Source: Candidatus Fermentibacteraceae bacterium
Lineage (GTDB): Bacteria; Fermentibacterota; Fermentibacteria; Fermentibacterales; JCC-6
Reading direction: 5' to 3'
Assembly (NCBI GenBank): GCA_027067855.1
Contig: JAMOUX010000038.1
Location: 15,208-79,207 of the forward strand
Length of the DNA: 64,000 nucleotides
Both the position numbers and the translations under genes were made by a program. The notes under the pieces are model-generated. The model was not told the origin of the DNA. It searched no databases and worked only from the letters and a program-made list of their open reading frames with translations. Of this stretch, positions 10,016-19,486 are shown in pieces (positions within the stretch are counted from its first letter, which is position 1; each line of letters starts with the position of its first letter).

Positions 10016-11276
10016 AAGTAATGAGAAATCCGGCGTATTTGTGCGTTTACGCAGGACTGTTTACGGTACCGTGACCGGAGGAATACCGGATCGTCGGGCC
10101 AGCAATGCCGTCGTTTACATTACGATGTGTATGCTCGTCCTTTCGGCTTTGGCATCGGCATCAACATGTGACTGCCGGTATTTCTGGCTGGTTCGTAATG
10201 GCCTGTCGTCGTCCGGATCGGTGGATTCGCTCCTGGACGTTGCGGCGAACGCCGGAGCCAACGGATTGTTCGTGCAGGTGGTGGGAAGAGGGGAAGCCTA
10301 CTACCGGTCCGGAATCCTTCCTCCCGCTCCCCGCCGCGAGAATTTCGATCCTCTGGCGTACGTTATCATGAAAGCCCATGCCCGGGGAATGGAAGTACAT
10401 GCGTGGATAAACGCGTTTCTCGTATGGTCCGACGACGTTCCTCCCGGGAATGCCGCCCACGTTTGGCACAGTCATCCCGAATGGTTCGTGATGGACAGGT
10501 ACGGTAGATCCACCCGTGATTATTCCAGGGTAGAGTGTGAAGCCGGTGGAATAGTGGGAGCGACATTGTCTCCCGCCATACCGGAGGTGCGGGAATTCGT
10601 GGCATCGATCGCTTGCGAGATCGCGCGGAATTATGACGTGGACGGCATTCACCTGGATTATATAAGGTACCCGGGTGAATATTTCGGCTTCGAACCGGCG
10701 GCAGTAGGGGTGTTCCGACTGCGGACGGGTATGGATCCCCGGGACGTTTACAGGAGGGAAGGAGGTACCCGACGGGTGCGGGATGCCTGGGCATCGTGGA
10801 AGCGGGAATGCGTAACCGCCACCGTGGAGGCCGTCAGGGCGGCGCTTCGGTCCTGTGCGCCGGGAGTGATGCTTTCCGCGGCGGTCATGGCGGATCCGAC
10901 GGAAGCGGCTTCCCGGTTTTCCTGCGACTGGATTTCGTGGTTGGAGTACGGGCTGGTCGATTTTGTGTGCCCCATGGCTTATACCACGAATGCCGCGAGG
11001 GCGGTGGAGCTGGCGGAAACGGTTACGGCTGCAGCCCCCCGGCGGGTGGTGTACGGCATAGGAATTTTCAACCAGAGCTTGTCTTCGGCTCTCGTGGGAG
11101 CGAGGAGAGCACTTGCCGGGGGTGCGGGCGGGGTATGCGTGTTCAGCCTGAATTCGTTTTCCCGTGGAGACTGCGATGCGCTGAAAGATTTCTGGGGAGA
11201 CGGCGGTATTCCGGTTCATCCCCCGGATGCGGCGGTCTACCATAAAGTTTCGGGAAACGGGGGCGTGGCGAGGTGA
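9990..11276 (+). CDS. glycoside hydrolase-like family 10 (GHL10/DUF187, YngK-like) secreted protein
   Basis: GANGLFVQVVGRGEAYYRS...FDPLAYVIMKAHARGMEVHAWINAF and DGIHLDYIRYP. Start is uncertain: ATG 9990 has a GAGAGG SD; ATG 10125 sits just before the hydrophobic MCMLVLSALASAS. The listed 9921 start overlaps gpsA by about 95 nt. Confidence 0.65.
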   Translation: MIFRVSAAESNEKSGVFVRLRRTVYGTVTGGIPDRRASNAVVYITMCMLVLSALASASTCDCRYFWLVRNGLSSSGSVDSLLDVAANAGANGLFVQVVGRGEAYYRSGILPPAPRRENFDPLAYVIMKAHARGMEVHAWINAFLVWSDDVPPGNAAHVWHSHPEWFVMDRYGRSTRDYSRVECEAGGIVGATLSPAIPEVREFVASIACEIARNYDVDGIHLDYIRYPGEYFGFEPAAVGVFRLRTGMDPRDVYRREGGTRRVRDAWASWKRECVTATVEAVRAALRSCAPGVMLSAAVMADPTEAASRFSCDWISWLEYGLVDFVCPMAYTTNAARAVELAETVTAAAPRRVVYGIGIFNQSLSSALVGARRALAGGAGGVCVFSLNSFSRGDCDALKDFWGDGGIPVHPPDAAVYHKVSGNGGVAR

Positions 11277-12034
11277 GATTAGGAATACTGGCCAGTGGCA
11301 GCAAGGCCAATGCCATGGTACTGGAACACGGGGGTGCCGCGATTTTCATCGATGCCGGGCTCAGCGGTGTCCGTCATGTCGACAGGCTCAAGGCCTCGGG
11401 TTTCGGAGATGTTCGTCCACTGGCGCTTCTGCTTACCCACGAACACTCTGATCACGTTCGTAATGCCGGGGTTATTTCCAGGAAATGGAAAATTCCGGTT
11501 TACGGAACCACGGGTACTCTCGATTCCTGTCGGAGGATCCTCGGTGACGTTCCCGGCGAAGTGATCCTTGAGAACGGTTCTACGATGGAGATAGGTCCTT
11601 TCACTGTTACCTCCTTCAGCGTCGCCCATGACGCCGCCGATCCTTCGGGTTACGTCGTGGAATGGCAGTCGGGTAAGTTGGGCATAGCCACGGACCTTGG
11701 TAGTTCCAGCCCCCTGGTTGAGGACAGTCTGTCGGGATGCGGCGCCGTGGTCCTGGAATTCAATCATGACGAAGATATGCTGTGGAACGGTGATTACCCT
11801 TGGTACCTGAAACAGAGAATAGCTTCCAACAAGGGCCACCTTTCGAACGACGCGGCATCAAGACTCCTGGGAAAAATCGTGCATCGGGGTCTGAAAGTTT
11901 GTATTCTCGCCCACCTGAGCCGGGAGAATAACAGGCCTCATCTGGCCGAAAAAGTTTCCCGGGCGGCTGCCGGCGCTCGCGCGGATATTCTCATGGGCCT
12001 GCAGGATGATTCCCTGCCGGCCCTGGAACTTTAA
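11273..12034 (+). CDS. MBL-fold metallo-hydrolase (YycJ/PhnP-like)
   Basis: HxHxDH motif LLLTHEHSDHVRN; later SVAHDAADPSGY and ILAHLS. Confidence 0.75.
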   Translation: MRLGILASGSKANAMVLEHGGAAIFIDAGLSGVRHVDRLKASGFGDVRPLALLLTHEHSDHVRNAGVISRKWKIPVYGTTGTLDSCRRILGDVPGEVILENGSTMEIGPFTVTSFSVAHDAADPSGYVVEWQSGKLGIATDLGSSSPLVEDSLSGCGAVVLEFNHDEDMLWNGDYPWYLKQRIASNKGHLSNDAASRLLGKIVHRGLKVCILAHLSRENNRPHLAEKVSRAAAGARADILMGLQDDSLPALEL

Positions 12035-12045
12035 GGAGGTCTTTT

Positions 12046-12573
12046 TTGAAAACGGTCCCCGTAACATTGTTGTTCCTGGTAATGGCGGCGTCGGCCCTGG
12101 ACTTGGATATCTCGGCTTATACGGGATTGTCCTATCCCACCGGGAAATGGGGTGAGGGTTTGAATGACGGGTTGGATGCCGGTATGGCTGTCTCGTGGAA
12201 GGTCGATGATTTCTTCCGGGCCGGACTGGGGTTGTCGGCGGGAGTTTTCGGCAGCAGCGATATGGGAGCCGCTAGCTTCACAACGGTGCGACCGCACCTG
12301 AAAGTGGGATACTACCTGAGACCCTGGGGTAACGTATTCAATCCGGGGTTGACGGGTTCGCTCGGAATTTGCCGAAGCTCGCTGACGAACGGTGGAGGTG
12401 CGGACCCGGTGACGTGGGATTTCTTCTGGAGCGCGGGATTGAGATGGAACTTCGGGTTGGGAGGAGGGTTCAGGGGCGAGGTGGGCCCGGACTTTTCCAG
12501 TATCGTTGCGGAAATGCGGAACGGGGACTCATTCACGCTGCTGTTCGGAGTGTCCAGGGAGGTGGCGATATGA
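12046..12573 (+). CDS. small outer-membrane beta-barrel protein (hypothetical)
   Basis: AAGGAGG SD lies 6 nt before the TTG start. Signal peptide MKTVPVTLLFLVMAASA; alternating Gly/aromatic beta-strand pattern. Confidence 0.55.
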   Translation: MKTVPVTLLFLVMAASALDLDISAYTGLSYPTGKWGEGLNDGLDAGMAVSWKVDDFFRAGLGLSAGVFGSSDMGAASFTTVRPHLKVGYYLRPWGNVFNPGLTGSLGICRSSLTNGGGADPVTWDFFWSAGLRWNFGLGGGFRGEVGPDFSSIVAEMRNGDSFTLLFGVSREVAI

Positions 12574-13214
12574 GGCGCATCGGAACCTTTGCACTGGCGA
12601 TCGCGTTGATCGCGGGTTGTGCCAGGAACCCTCTTTTCTACAGGATGGGATCGGACTACTACCCCGTGGGAACCATAGGTAGCCAATGGGAATACGAAAT
12701 GGCGGATGGCGGAACCCTTATAGTACAGGTTGTCGACCAGACCGAACAAGGTGAGAGAGCCTGCTACAGGGTGCTATCCGGTGCGGATTACACTTATTGG
12801 ATTCCCGGTGATGACGCCCTGGAGTTCTATGAGGATCACAGGGTGATGTTCAATGGTTACGAGATCCCCCTGTACCAGGCCTGGGTGACATGGCTCGACT
12901 GGCCTCTCGCCGTGGGCTATACCAGGATCGATTCGGCCTACACCTACGCCGTGAGCCAGGGTGTGACCATAAGCCACGACTGGAAGCGGACCACCACGGT
13001 AGCGGGAATAGAGACCAGCCCCCACGGCGGCTGGGAACAGTGTTACCACTTGGTACAGGACGAAACCGTGGTAAACTGGATCCGAACCGCCGGCTTCCGA
13101 CCGGAGACCACTGCCGTGCAGAGGAATATCTGGTTGGCTCCCGGCGTGGGGATGGTGGAAATGCAAGCCCCGGACAGCACCCTGATCCTGATGAGCCACA
13201 CTCCTGGAAACTGA
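12570..13214 (+). CDS. hypothetical lipoprotein
   Basis: ATGA overlap with the upstream gene. Lipobox in MRRIGTFALAIALIAGC. The listed 12369 start would overlap the previous gene by about 200 nt. Confidence 0.55.
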   Translation: MRRIGTFALAIALIAGCARNPLFYRMGSDYYPVGTIGSQWEYEMADGGTLIVQVVDQTEQGERACYRVLSGADYTYWIPGDDALEFYEDHRVMFNGYEIPLYQAWVTWLDWPLAVGYTRIDSAYTYAVSQGVTISHDWKRTTTVAGIETSPHGGWEQCYHLVQDETVVNWIRTAGFRPETTAVQRNIWLAPGVGMVEMQAPDSTLILMSHTPGN

Positions 13215-13215
13215 C

Positions 13216-14562
13216 TTGAATTCCGGTTACGTTTTTTCTGTATTTTTCCTGTTGGCTTATGGTTATATCGCCTTCGCCCACAGGGGCAGGGGCATTGCCA
13301 TCTGGACATCCGTTCTGCTTGCCCTGGTATTCAGTATCGTTACCGGATGCTTCGTCGGTTGGGGGGGGATATGGAGGATAGTGGAGGGAATAAACTTCAA
13401 CGTCCTCATGGTGTTTTCCGGAATTCTTCTCATAGCGGAGGTTCTGATAGAAGCCGGAATACCCGCTAACATGGCCGGCCACATCGTGGCCAGATCGGGT
13501 AATTACGGCAGGGCTGCCCTTTACCTGTGTGTGATGTCCGGTATCATCTCCATTTTCGTTGAAAATGTCGCCACCGTCATGATAGTCGCTCCCATCGCCC
13601 TGGAAGTGGCGAAAAGGCTTAGGACGAATCCGGTCACGCTGCTCATAGGAATCGCGATCGCCAGCAACCTCCAGGGAACGGCCACCCTGGTGGGGGATCC
13701 CCCCAGCATGATAATGGCCGCCGCAGAGAATATGGATTTTAACGATTTCTTTTTCATGCACGGAAAACCGGGGATTTTTTTCGCGGTGGAAGTGGGCGCA
13801 CTGTTTTCTTTTTTCGTACTGGCGTGGTTCCTGAGGGAGGATTCAAGAAAGATTCCGGCCATTGAGATCCCGGCGGTAGGCAGCTGGTTTCCTGGGTGGG
13901 TGCTGGCGGGTGTCATACTGGGCTTGGCGTTGCTCAGCTTTTTCTATCCCGGCATCGGAGTTCAGGCCGGTGTACTGTGTCTCGCAGGAGGGGTGACGGC
14001 GGTTTCCTGGCATGCGCTGTACGGGAGAAGACGTATGGAGGCTGTTCCGGACGGAGATCGGGAATTCAGGAAATCCGGAGCGATATTGAGAGAATTCGAC
14101 TGGGACACCCTGGCCTTGCTCGCGGGTATCTTTTTCATGGTGGGAGCCCTGGAGACCATGGGAATAATGGATGAAGTGGGACGATTCCTTGCGGGAATAT
14201 CCGGAAATGATCCGTTTGCCGCTTTCGTGATAGTTGTGGTGAGTTCATTGTTATTCAGCGCTTTCGTTGACAACGTTCCTTACGTGACGGCAATGATCCC
14301 CGTTACTCACGCCATGGCCGGAAGCCTGGGAATCGCTCCCGGCGACCATCTTTTTCTGACCTTCGGGCTGCTGGTGGGGGCCTGTCTCGGCGGGAACATC
14401 TCGCCGGTGGGGGCGGCGGCCAACATAGTGTCGGTGTCGCTCCTGAGGAAGAACGGGTTCCGGGTGAGTTTCCGGAGATTCGTGAAGATAGGGCTTCCTT
14501 TCACATTGGCGGCGACAGTATCGGGAGCGACGTTCATCTGGCTGGTCTGGGGGCCGGAGTAA
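13216..14562 (+). CDS. ArsB/NhaD-superfamily (CitMHS-like) anion permease
   Basis: 448 aa, polytopic. Motifs FVENVATVMIVAPIA and FVDNVPYVTAMIPV are typical of this transporter superfamily. Confidence 0.6.
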   Translation: MNSGYVFSVFFLLAYGYIAFAHRGRGIAIWTSVLLALVFSIVTGCFVGWGGIWRIVEGINFNVLMVFSGILLIAEVLIEAGIPANMAGHIVARSGNYGRAALYLCVMSGIISIFVENVATVMIVAPIALEVAKRLRTNPVTLLIGIAIASNLQGTATLVGDPPSMIMAAAENMDFNDFFFMHGKPGIFFAVEVGALFSFFVLAWFLREDSRKIPAIEIPAVGSWFPGWVLAGVILGLALLSFFYPGIGVQAGVLCLAGGVTAVSWHALYGRRRMEAVPDGDREFRKSGAILREFDWDTLALLAGIFFMVGALETMGIMDEVGRFLAGISGNDPFAAFVIVVVSSLLFSAFVDNVPYVTAMIPVTHAMAGSLGIAPGDHLFLTFGLLVGACLGGNISPVGAAANIVSVSLLRKNGFRVSFRRFVKIGLPFTLAATVSGATFIWLVWGPE

Positions 14563-15623
14563 TGCGTTACACGTGGAATCAACCGTTGTTTACCACTTCG
14601 GTGGAGTTCCTTTACCGGGGAGAAGAGAAGCGATCCCCCCGGCTTTTCACCGGGAAATGGCGGAATCCTTTCATCATATCGGATCGGAACGTGTGGGCGA
14701 TGTGGCGTTCCAACCTCGAACCGATGATCGGCGATGCTTTCGGAGTCCATTTGCTGGAAGCCTCGGAGAATCTGAAGAACCCGGAAACCCTGCTGGACAC
14801 GTGGAAAGCCATGCGAACGGCCGGTATCACCAGGGATGTCCCCATTGCGGTGATAGGTGGAGGACTCGTGTGCGATCTGGGAGCCATGGCCGCTTCGACG
14901 TACCTGAGGGGTCTGCCGCTCATCCTGGTGCCCACCACCCTGCTGGCCATGGTGGATGCATGCCTGGGAGGGAAGACCGGAGTGAACCTGGGTAACGCGA
15001 AAAACCAAGTGGGTACTTTTTATCCGGCGGAGAGAGTGATAGTGAATGTATCTTTTCTTGGAACCCTTTCTCCGAGAGAATTCAGGAGCGGACTCGCCGA
15101 GGTGCTGAAGACGTCTCTCATCGGGGATCCGGGAATGGTGAAACTGGTGCGAAACATTACCCCGGGCGACCTGGAACCGTTGGAGGATATGGTGCGCAGA
15201 TGCCTTTCAGTAAAAGCCTCCGTTGTTTCCGGGGACCTGAAGGATACCGGAGGCAGGATGATTCTCAATACTGGCCATACCATCGGTCATGCCCTGGAAA
15301 GCATCGGTGGGTTCAATCTTTCCCACGGTGAAGCGGTTGGACTGGGCCTCGTGGCCGAGGCAGCCATGGCTTCCTCCTTGGGGGGCAGGTCGGGCCTCAT
15401 CGGGGAAATCCGTGAACTTCTTGCGGAGACGGGGCTTCCTTACCGCCTGGTGGAAAAAACATCCCTGGAGGAAATCCGTGGAATGCTTTCCAGGGACAAG
15501 AAGACCATGCGGAAACAGCGAACTTGGGCACTGCCGTTCGACTGGGGTGATTGCAGACTGGTGGAACTCTCTCCCGACGAAGAGTATGAACTGGTTTCCG
15601 AAGCCCTGGAATTACTGGAGTAA
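14562..15623 (+). CDS. aroB: 3-dehydroquinate synthase
   Basis: GGGLVCDLGAMAASTYLRGLPLILVPTTLLAMVDACLGGKTGVN and GHTIGHALE. Confidence 0.9.
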   Translation: MRYTWNQPLFTTSVEFLYRGEEKRSPRLFTGKWRNPFIISDRNVWAMWRSNLEPMIGDAFGVHLLEASENLKNPETLLDTWKAMRTAGITRDVPIAVIGGGLVCDLGAMAASTYLRGLPLILVPTTLLAMVDACLGGKTGVNLGNAKNQVGTFYPAERVIVNVSFLGTLSPREFRSGLAEVLKTSLIGDPGMVKLVRNITPGDLEPLEDMVRRCLSVKASVVSGDLKDTGGRMILNTGHTIGHALESIGGFNLSHGEAVGLGLVAEAAMASSLGGRSGLIGEIRELLAETGLPYRLVEKTSLEEIRGMLSRDKKTMRKQRTWALPFDWGDCRLVELSPDEEYELVSEALELLE

Positions 15624-15630
15624 TGGCGAT

Positions 15631-16338
15631 GTGAAAACCGTAGAAGAGGGTAGTTTCTGGGATCACCTTGAAGAATTGAGGAGAAGACTGTTCGTGGTAT
15701 CGGGTACGTTGGCCGGCACGGTGTGCCTGTCGTTCCTGTTCAGCCGGAGGTTGATGCAGCTGGTGGTGTCCCGCAGCCCGATGGAATTGCAGACTCTGGC
15801 GCCGTCGGAGGCATTCGCCGCCCACCTGGATCTTTCCCTCGTTGCCGGTTTCCTGGCGGGTTCACCGGTGTTCTTCCACCAGTTCTGGGGATTCATCGCT
15901 CCGGGACTCTACGAGGATGAAAGGAAGAAGGTGCTGGCCGCCGCCGGGGCATGCCTGTTGCTGTTCGCCGCCGGGGTCGCCTTCGCCTGGTTTCTTCTGC
16001 TCACCCCGGCCCTGGACCTGTTCATGGGTTTCGAACACGGAGTGATTCACGGCGGTTGGAGCCTTTCCAATTTCGTTTCGTTCCTAGGCAGGTTTCTCAT
16101 AGTGTTCGGAATGGCGTTCCAGCTGCCCGTGCTTGTTTTTATGCTGGTGGCTCTTGGAGTCTTGACACCGGACCTGCTTGCCTCCTACCGTCGGCATTCG
16201 ATAATACTTCTCCTCGTGGCCGCCGCCGTCCTGACCCCTCCCGATCCCCTCACCCAGGTCATGCTGGCTCTCCCGCTGTACCTGCTCTTCGAGTTGAGCC
16301 TGCTGGTGGCCGGGCTGGTTTATGGAAGGAAGAAGTAA
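15631..16338 (+). CDS. tatC: twin-arginine translocase subunit TatC
   Basis: In-frame GTG just after the aroB stop. Begins ...SFWDHLEELRRRL, has six TM segments and PPDPLTQ. Confidence 0.85.
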   Translation: MKTVEEGSFWDHLEELRRRLFVVSGTLAGTVCLSFLFSRRLMQLVVSRSPMELQTLAPSEAFAAHLDLSLVAGFLAGSPVFFHQFWGFIAPGLYEDERKKVLAAAGACLLLFAAGVAFAWFLLLTPALDLFMGFEHGVIHGGWSLSNFVSFLGRFLIVFGMAFQLPVLVFMLVALGVLTPDLLASYRRHSIILLLVAAAVLTPPDPLTQVMLALPLYLLFELSLLVAGLVYGRKK

Positions 16339-16340
16339 AA

Positions 16341-17105
16341 GTGAACCTGGAGAGTCTCGGAAGGGCGGTTCCCGGAAAAGCCGCTTCCGTGGAAGTGGTG
16401 ATACCGGTTTATAACGAAGAGGACATCCTGGAGGACCAACTGGTTCCTGTCCTGGATTCACTTCCCCCGGTTTTTTCCGTGATGGTGGTGGAGAACGGTT
16501 CCACCGACAATACTCCGGATATACTGCGGGATCTGGCTCGCAGGTACGGGAACCTTGAATTCCTTTCTCTCCCGGATCCGAATTACGGCCTCGCCATGAA
16601 AAAAGGACTGATCAACACGGGATCGGATATCGTTATCGTCGACGATCTGGATGTGTTGGATGTGGATTTTTGGGAAAGGGGGCTCAGACTATTGGGCGAG
16701 GAAGGTATAGACCTGGTGCAGGGATCCAAGGTGCTGGCCGGAAAGAATGACAAGAGGCCTTTTCTCCGCCGGGCCGCCACACTCGCCCTCACTTTCCTCC
16801 TGAAGACCGTGTTGGGTTACGACGGAACAGATACTCACGGCCCGAAAATTTTCTGGAGGCGGGCGATGGAAGGTATACCTCCGGCCTGCAGGCTCGAACT
16901 GGACATCTTTCCCACGGAACTCGTGATAAGGGCCAAGCGAAGAGGGGTGAGGATCAGGGAAATTCCCATACACCTCGAAGAGATCAGGCAGACCCCGTTT
17001 CCCTTGCACAGACGGGTACCCCGCGCCCTGCGGGACATCTGGCGACTTCGCCTGGCCCTTGCGAAAGAAGACTCAGAGTGCGGTCAGTTTCAGCGTCGAG
17101 ACTGA
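16341..17105 (+). CDS. glycosyltransferase family 2 (dolichyl/polyprenyl-phosphate glycosyltransferase-like)
   Basis: GTG lies 3 nt after the tatC stop. Has VVIPVYNEEDIL, ENGSTDNT and DDLD motifs. Confidence 0.75.
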   Translation: MNLESLGRAVPGKAASVEVVIPVYNEEDILEDQLVPVLDSLPPVFSVMVVENGSTDNTPDILRDLARRYGNLEFLSLPDPNYGLAMKKGLINTGSDIVIVDDLDVLDVDFWERGLRLLGEEGIDLVQGSKVLAGKNDKRPFLRRAATLALTFLLKTVLGYDGTDTHGPKIFWRRAMEGIPPACRLELDIFPTELVIRAKRRGVRIREIPIHLEEIRQTPFPLHRRVPRALRDIWRLRLALAKEDSECGQFQRRD

Positions 17106-18059
17106 ACATCCGCCGTTTCGTATCGTTACGAAATAAATTCCCCGCGAAATCTCTCCCGGACCGTCGAATACGTAGCTCCCGTCGAATTGTTCATCGACCA
17201 GCGTCCGTCCGCTTACATCGGAAATAGTTATCGTAGCCTCCGAACCGTATCCGTGACCGGTTATCGTTACCTGTCCGGAGAAGGGATTCGCCGACGCCGA
17301 TACTACCCGTGCGGGAGATTGCTCGCCCTCTTCCATCCCCTCGGTGAGGTCAATTTTGTATATCTTGTCGTTCGTTACGTTACTCACCCACAGGTATCCC
17401 TCGTCATCGAGAGTGACTCCCCGGGCGAGGGGAGGGAGTACGCTGTCGTCGATGGAGTCTATCATCTGGTCATCCGTGTTGTAGAGCCTGAGGGGTATGC
17501 TTGTCCAGTCCGTGGCCACCCAGACGTAACCGTCCGGGGTCATCGCTATGTCTCTGGTTTGGCTTCCACCGGCATACTTGAGGTAGAGGTGCCTGGAAGA
17601 TATGCCGGGGGCGGTGTAACGGAAAGCCGAGTTTTGCGACCTCGAGCTGACGAAAAGAAAACTGTTGTTGTACGCGCCCAGTCCCGTCACCGACGAGACG
17701 GGGTTGCCTCAACCACCACACATGTTTACGGAACCCAGATAACTTCCCGAGCAGTTGTACTTGTAAACGTAAGCATCCTTTTTGTTGTTCCAGGCTCCAA
17801 TGTATACGTAGCCGTTCTGTACGGCCAACCCGGTGGCTTGATAGCCTGCGGCTACCGAAATGGTGAAGAAACCTGTCACGTCGCCGGAGGACGGATCGAT
17901 CTTGTAAACCTTCTTGTTCAGGGCATCCACCGCCCAGAGAATGTCATCGTTCCATCCCAGGCCCGATATGTCGCCCGAAGGAGCGTCAAAAGTTTTCACC
18001 ACGCTTTTGGCCCCGGCTAAAGCAAAGATGGATAATACCACCATGACGGTGATTTTCAA
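17073..18059 (-). CDS. secreted beta-propeller-repeat protein with T9SS C-terminal sorting domain, interrupted by one in-frame TGA (17709-17711): selenocysteine candidate or pseudogene
   Basis: ORFs 17709..18059 (signal peptide MKITVMVVLSIFALAGA) and 17073..17690 are in the same frame, separated only by TGA plus 6 codons. The C-terminus ANPFSGQVTIT...GIYFVTIRNGG...LKLTAL matches the Por/T9SS CTD pattern. Confidence 0.55.
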
Positions 18060-18380
18060 GTTTTACCTTCCTTTCACCTGTTTCTTTCCGGAAAATTTCA
18101 GCAAACAAGTATCATATAGGAAAGGCGGTTCCGCAAGACCCTTGACCGGTAAACGAATGCTTGCTAGCTTGCGGACCGGGATCAGGTCTCCACGCTTTTC
18201 CACGGTGAAACGCGGATGGGACCCTCGTGCGGGATGGCGACGGGCTGATGGAATGGATGTCGGGAGTCGCGGCGTTTTTGGGAAGATCGGTACGGTTTCC
18301 GTCATTTCCGACGATCGCCGTTTCGACAAGATCGCGGGAGACTCATTGAAATTCACGGAACCGCTCACGGGAGAAGGAAG

Positions 18381-19355
18381 ATGAAGAAAACGGTTATCTG
18401 CTCCGTACTCATGGTGGCTTCAGTCGCCGCCTTGGTTACCGGTTGCGGCGTCACGAGTCCGGACATGTCGATGGATTTTCCGTTCTATTTTCTCCAGGAC
18501 GTTTCTACCGCTTCGGCGCCCGTCCACTGTTGTTACCTGGGACCAGGGCACGATGGTGTGGCCGCTTCCGACAGCCTTTACTTCCTGGATTACCGGTACG
18601 GTTACTGCCTGGCCAGGGTGGATCTGCAGGGGTACACCGTGGAGGATCTGTGCGCCACTTCGGATGGCGGCTATGCCGCGGTATTGTGCGGGAACCTGCT
18701 TTTTTACGTGAGTGACGGTACCTACGTCGTACACGAGCCCGTGACGCTGGGCTCCTACGGGTCGCTTCTCCTTGCGCCTCCACCGAAGGGAAGCCTGCAT
18801 CTCTACTCTCTGGGGAGCGGTGGAATAGTAACCACGGTGAACACCCAATCGTGGGACGTGGTGTCCGTGGATACCATTCCCGGGCTTTCCAAGCCCGTGG
18901 CGGCGGCCATTTCTTCCGACGGCACCGCGATGTTCATTGCGGATGGTGATGACGATACCGTGAAAAAGATATCCACCGGGAATCCGGGTACGGTGCTGGC
19001 GGAATGCCACGTGCCAGGCGGAATTTCATGCATGTGCGGGGGCCATGGAAACCTTGTGTACGCCTCGCTGGATTCCCTGGACCAGGTGTGGGGAATAGAC
19101 GTGGGAACCGGCAAGCATTACTCCACTTTACAGGCCCCGGGCAGAGCCGTGTCCATGGCTGTCACTCCCGACGAGAAATACATCTACGTCGCCGGCGGTA
19201 ATGGTGGTGGTCTCACGGTCGTCAACCTCCGGGAAGGAGACGTGGAGGTTTCAACGAATTCCTATGGCGTCGTTGCCGATGTTGCAATAAACGGCTCCGG
19301 CGACAGGGCGCTGTTGTGTTCCAACCTGGATAAGATAATAACCCTTCAGAAGTAG
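18381..19355 (+). CDS. lipoprotein with YVTN/YncE-like beta-propeller repeats
   Basis: Lipobox in MKKTVICSVLMVASVAALVTGC. Repeats of the type DGTAMFIADGDDDTV, PDEKYIYVAGGNGGGLTVV and NGSGDRALLC. Confidence 0.6.
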   Translation: MKKTVICSVLMVASVAALVTGCGVTSPDMSMDFPFYFLQDVSTASAPVHCCYLGPGHDGVAASDSLYFLDYRYGYCLARVDLQGYTVEDLCATSDGGYAAVLCGNLLFYVSDGTYVVHEPVTLGSYGSLLLAPPPKGSLHLYSLGSGGIVTTVNTQSWDVVSVDTIPGLSKPVAAAISSDGTAMFIADGDDDTVKKISTGNPGTVLAECHVPGGISCMCGGHGNLVYASLDSLDQVWGIDVGTGKHYSTLQAPGRAVSMAVTPDEKYIYVAGGNGGGLTVVNLREGDVEVSTNSYGVVADVAINGSGDRALLCSNLDKIITLQK

Positions 19356-19486
19356 CCGTCGTTTTCAGCAGGGCGGTTTTCCGGCATTAGGAAAGTTTTG
19401 ACTCTGCGGGGTGGCTTGGGGTATGTTCAATTTTAAGGCTGTTGCAAAGGAGGATACTGAGCGCTCCTCCGGCCGAGGGAGGTTTC

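Noticed and set aside
15289-15630. Long N-terminal extensions offered by the ORF track for tatC (15289), GT2 (15951), lipoprotein (12369), epimerase (up to 52321), anti-sigma (up to 56551), sigma (up to 56619), purE (45607), the carboxyltransferase (19442) and yicC (61962).
   Set aside because: The extensions overlap the preceding, well-supported genes and are Arg/Pro-rich. Internal starts with SD sequences or stop/start overlaps give proteins that begin where the family normally begins.
17709-17711. Genome-wide reassignment of TGA to a sense codon (code 4/25) as the explanation for the in-frame TGA.
   Set aside because: Many well-defined genes in this window terminate at TGA exactly where their families end (e.g. 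6950-6952, 40806-40808, proS, epimerase, GT4, YfhO). TGA is therefore a normal stop here.
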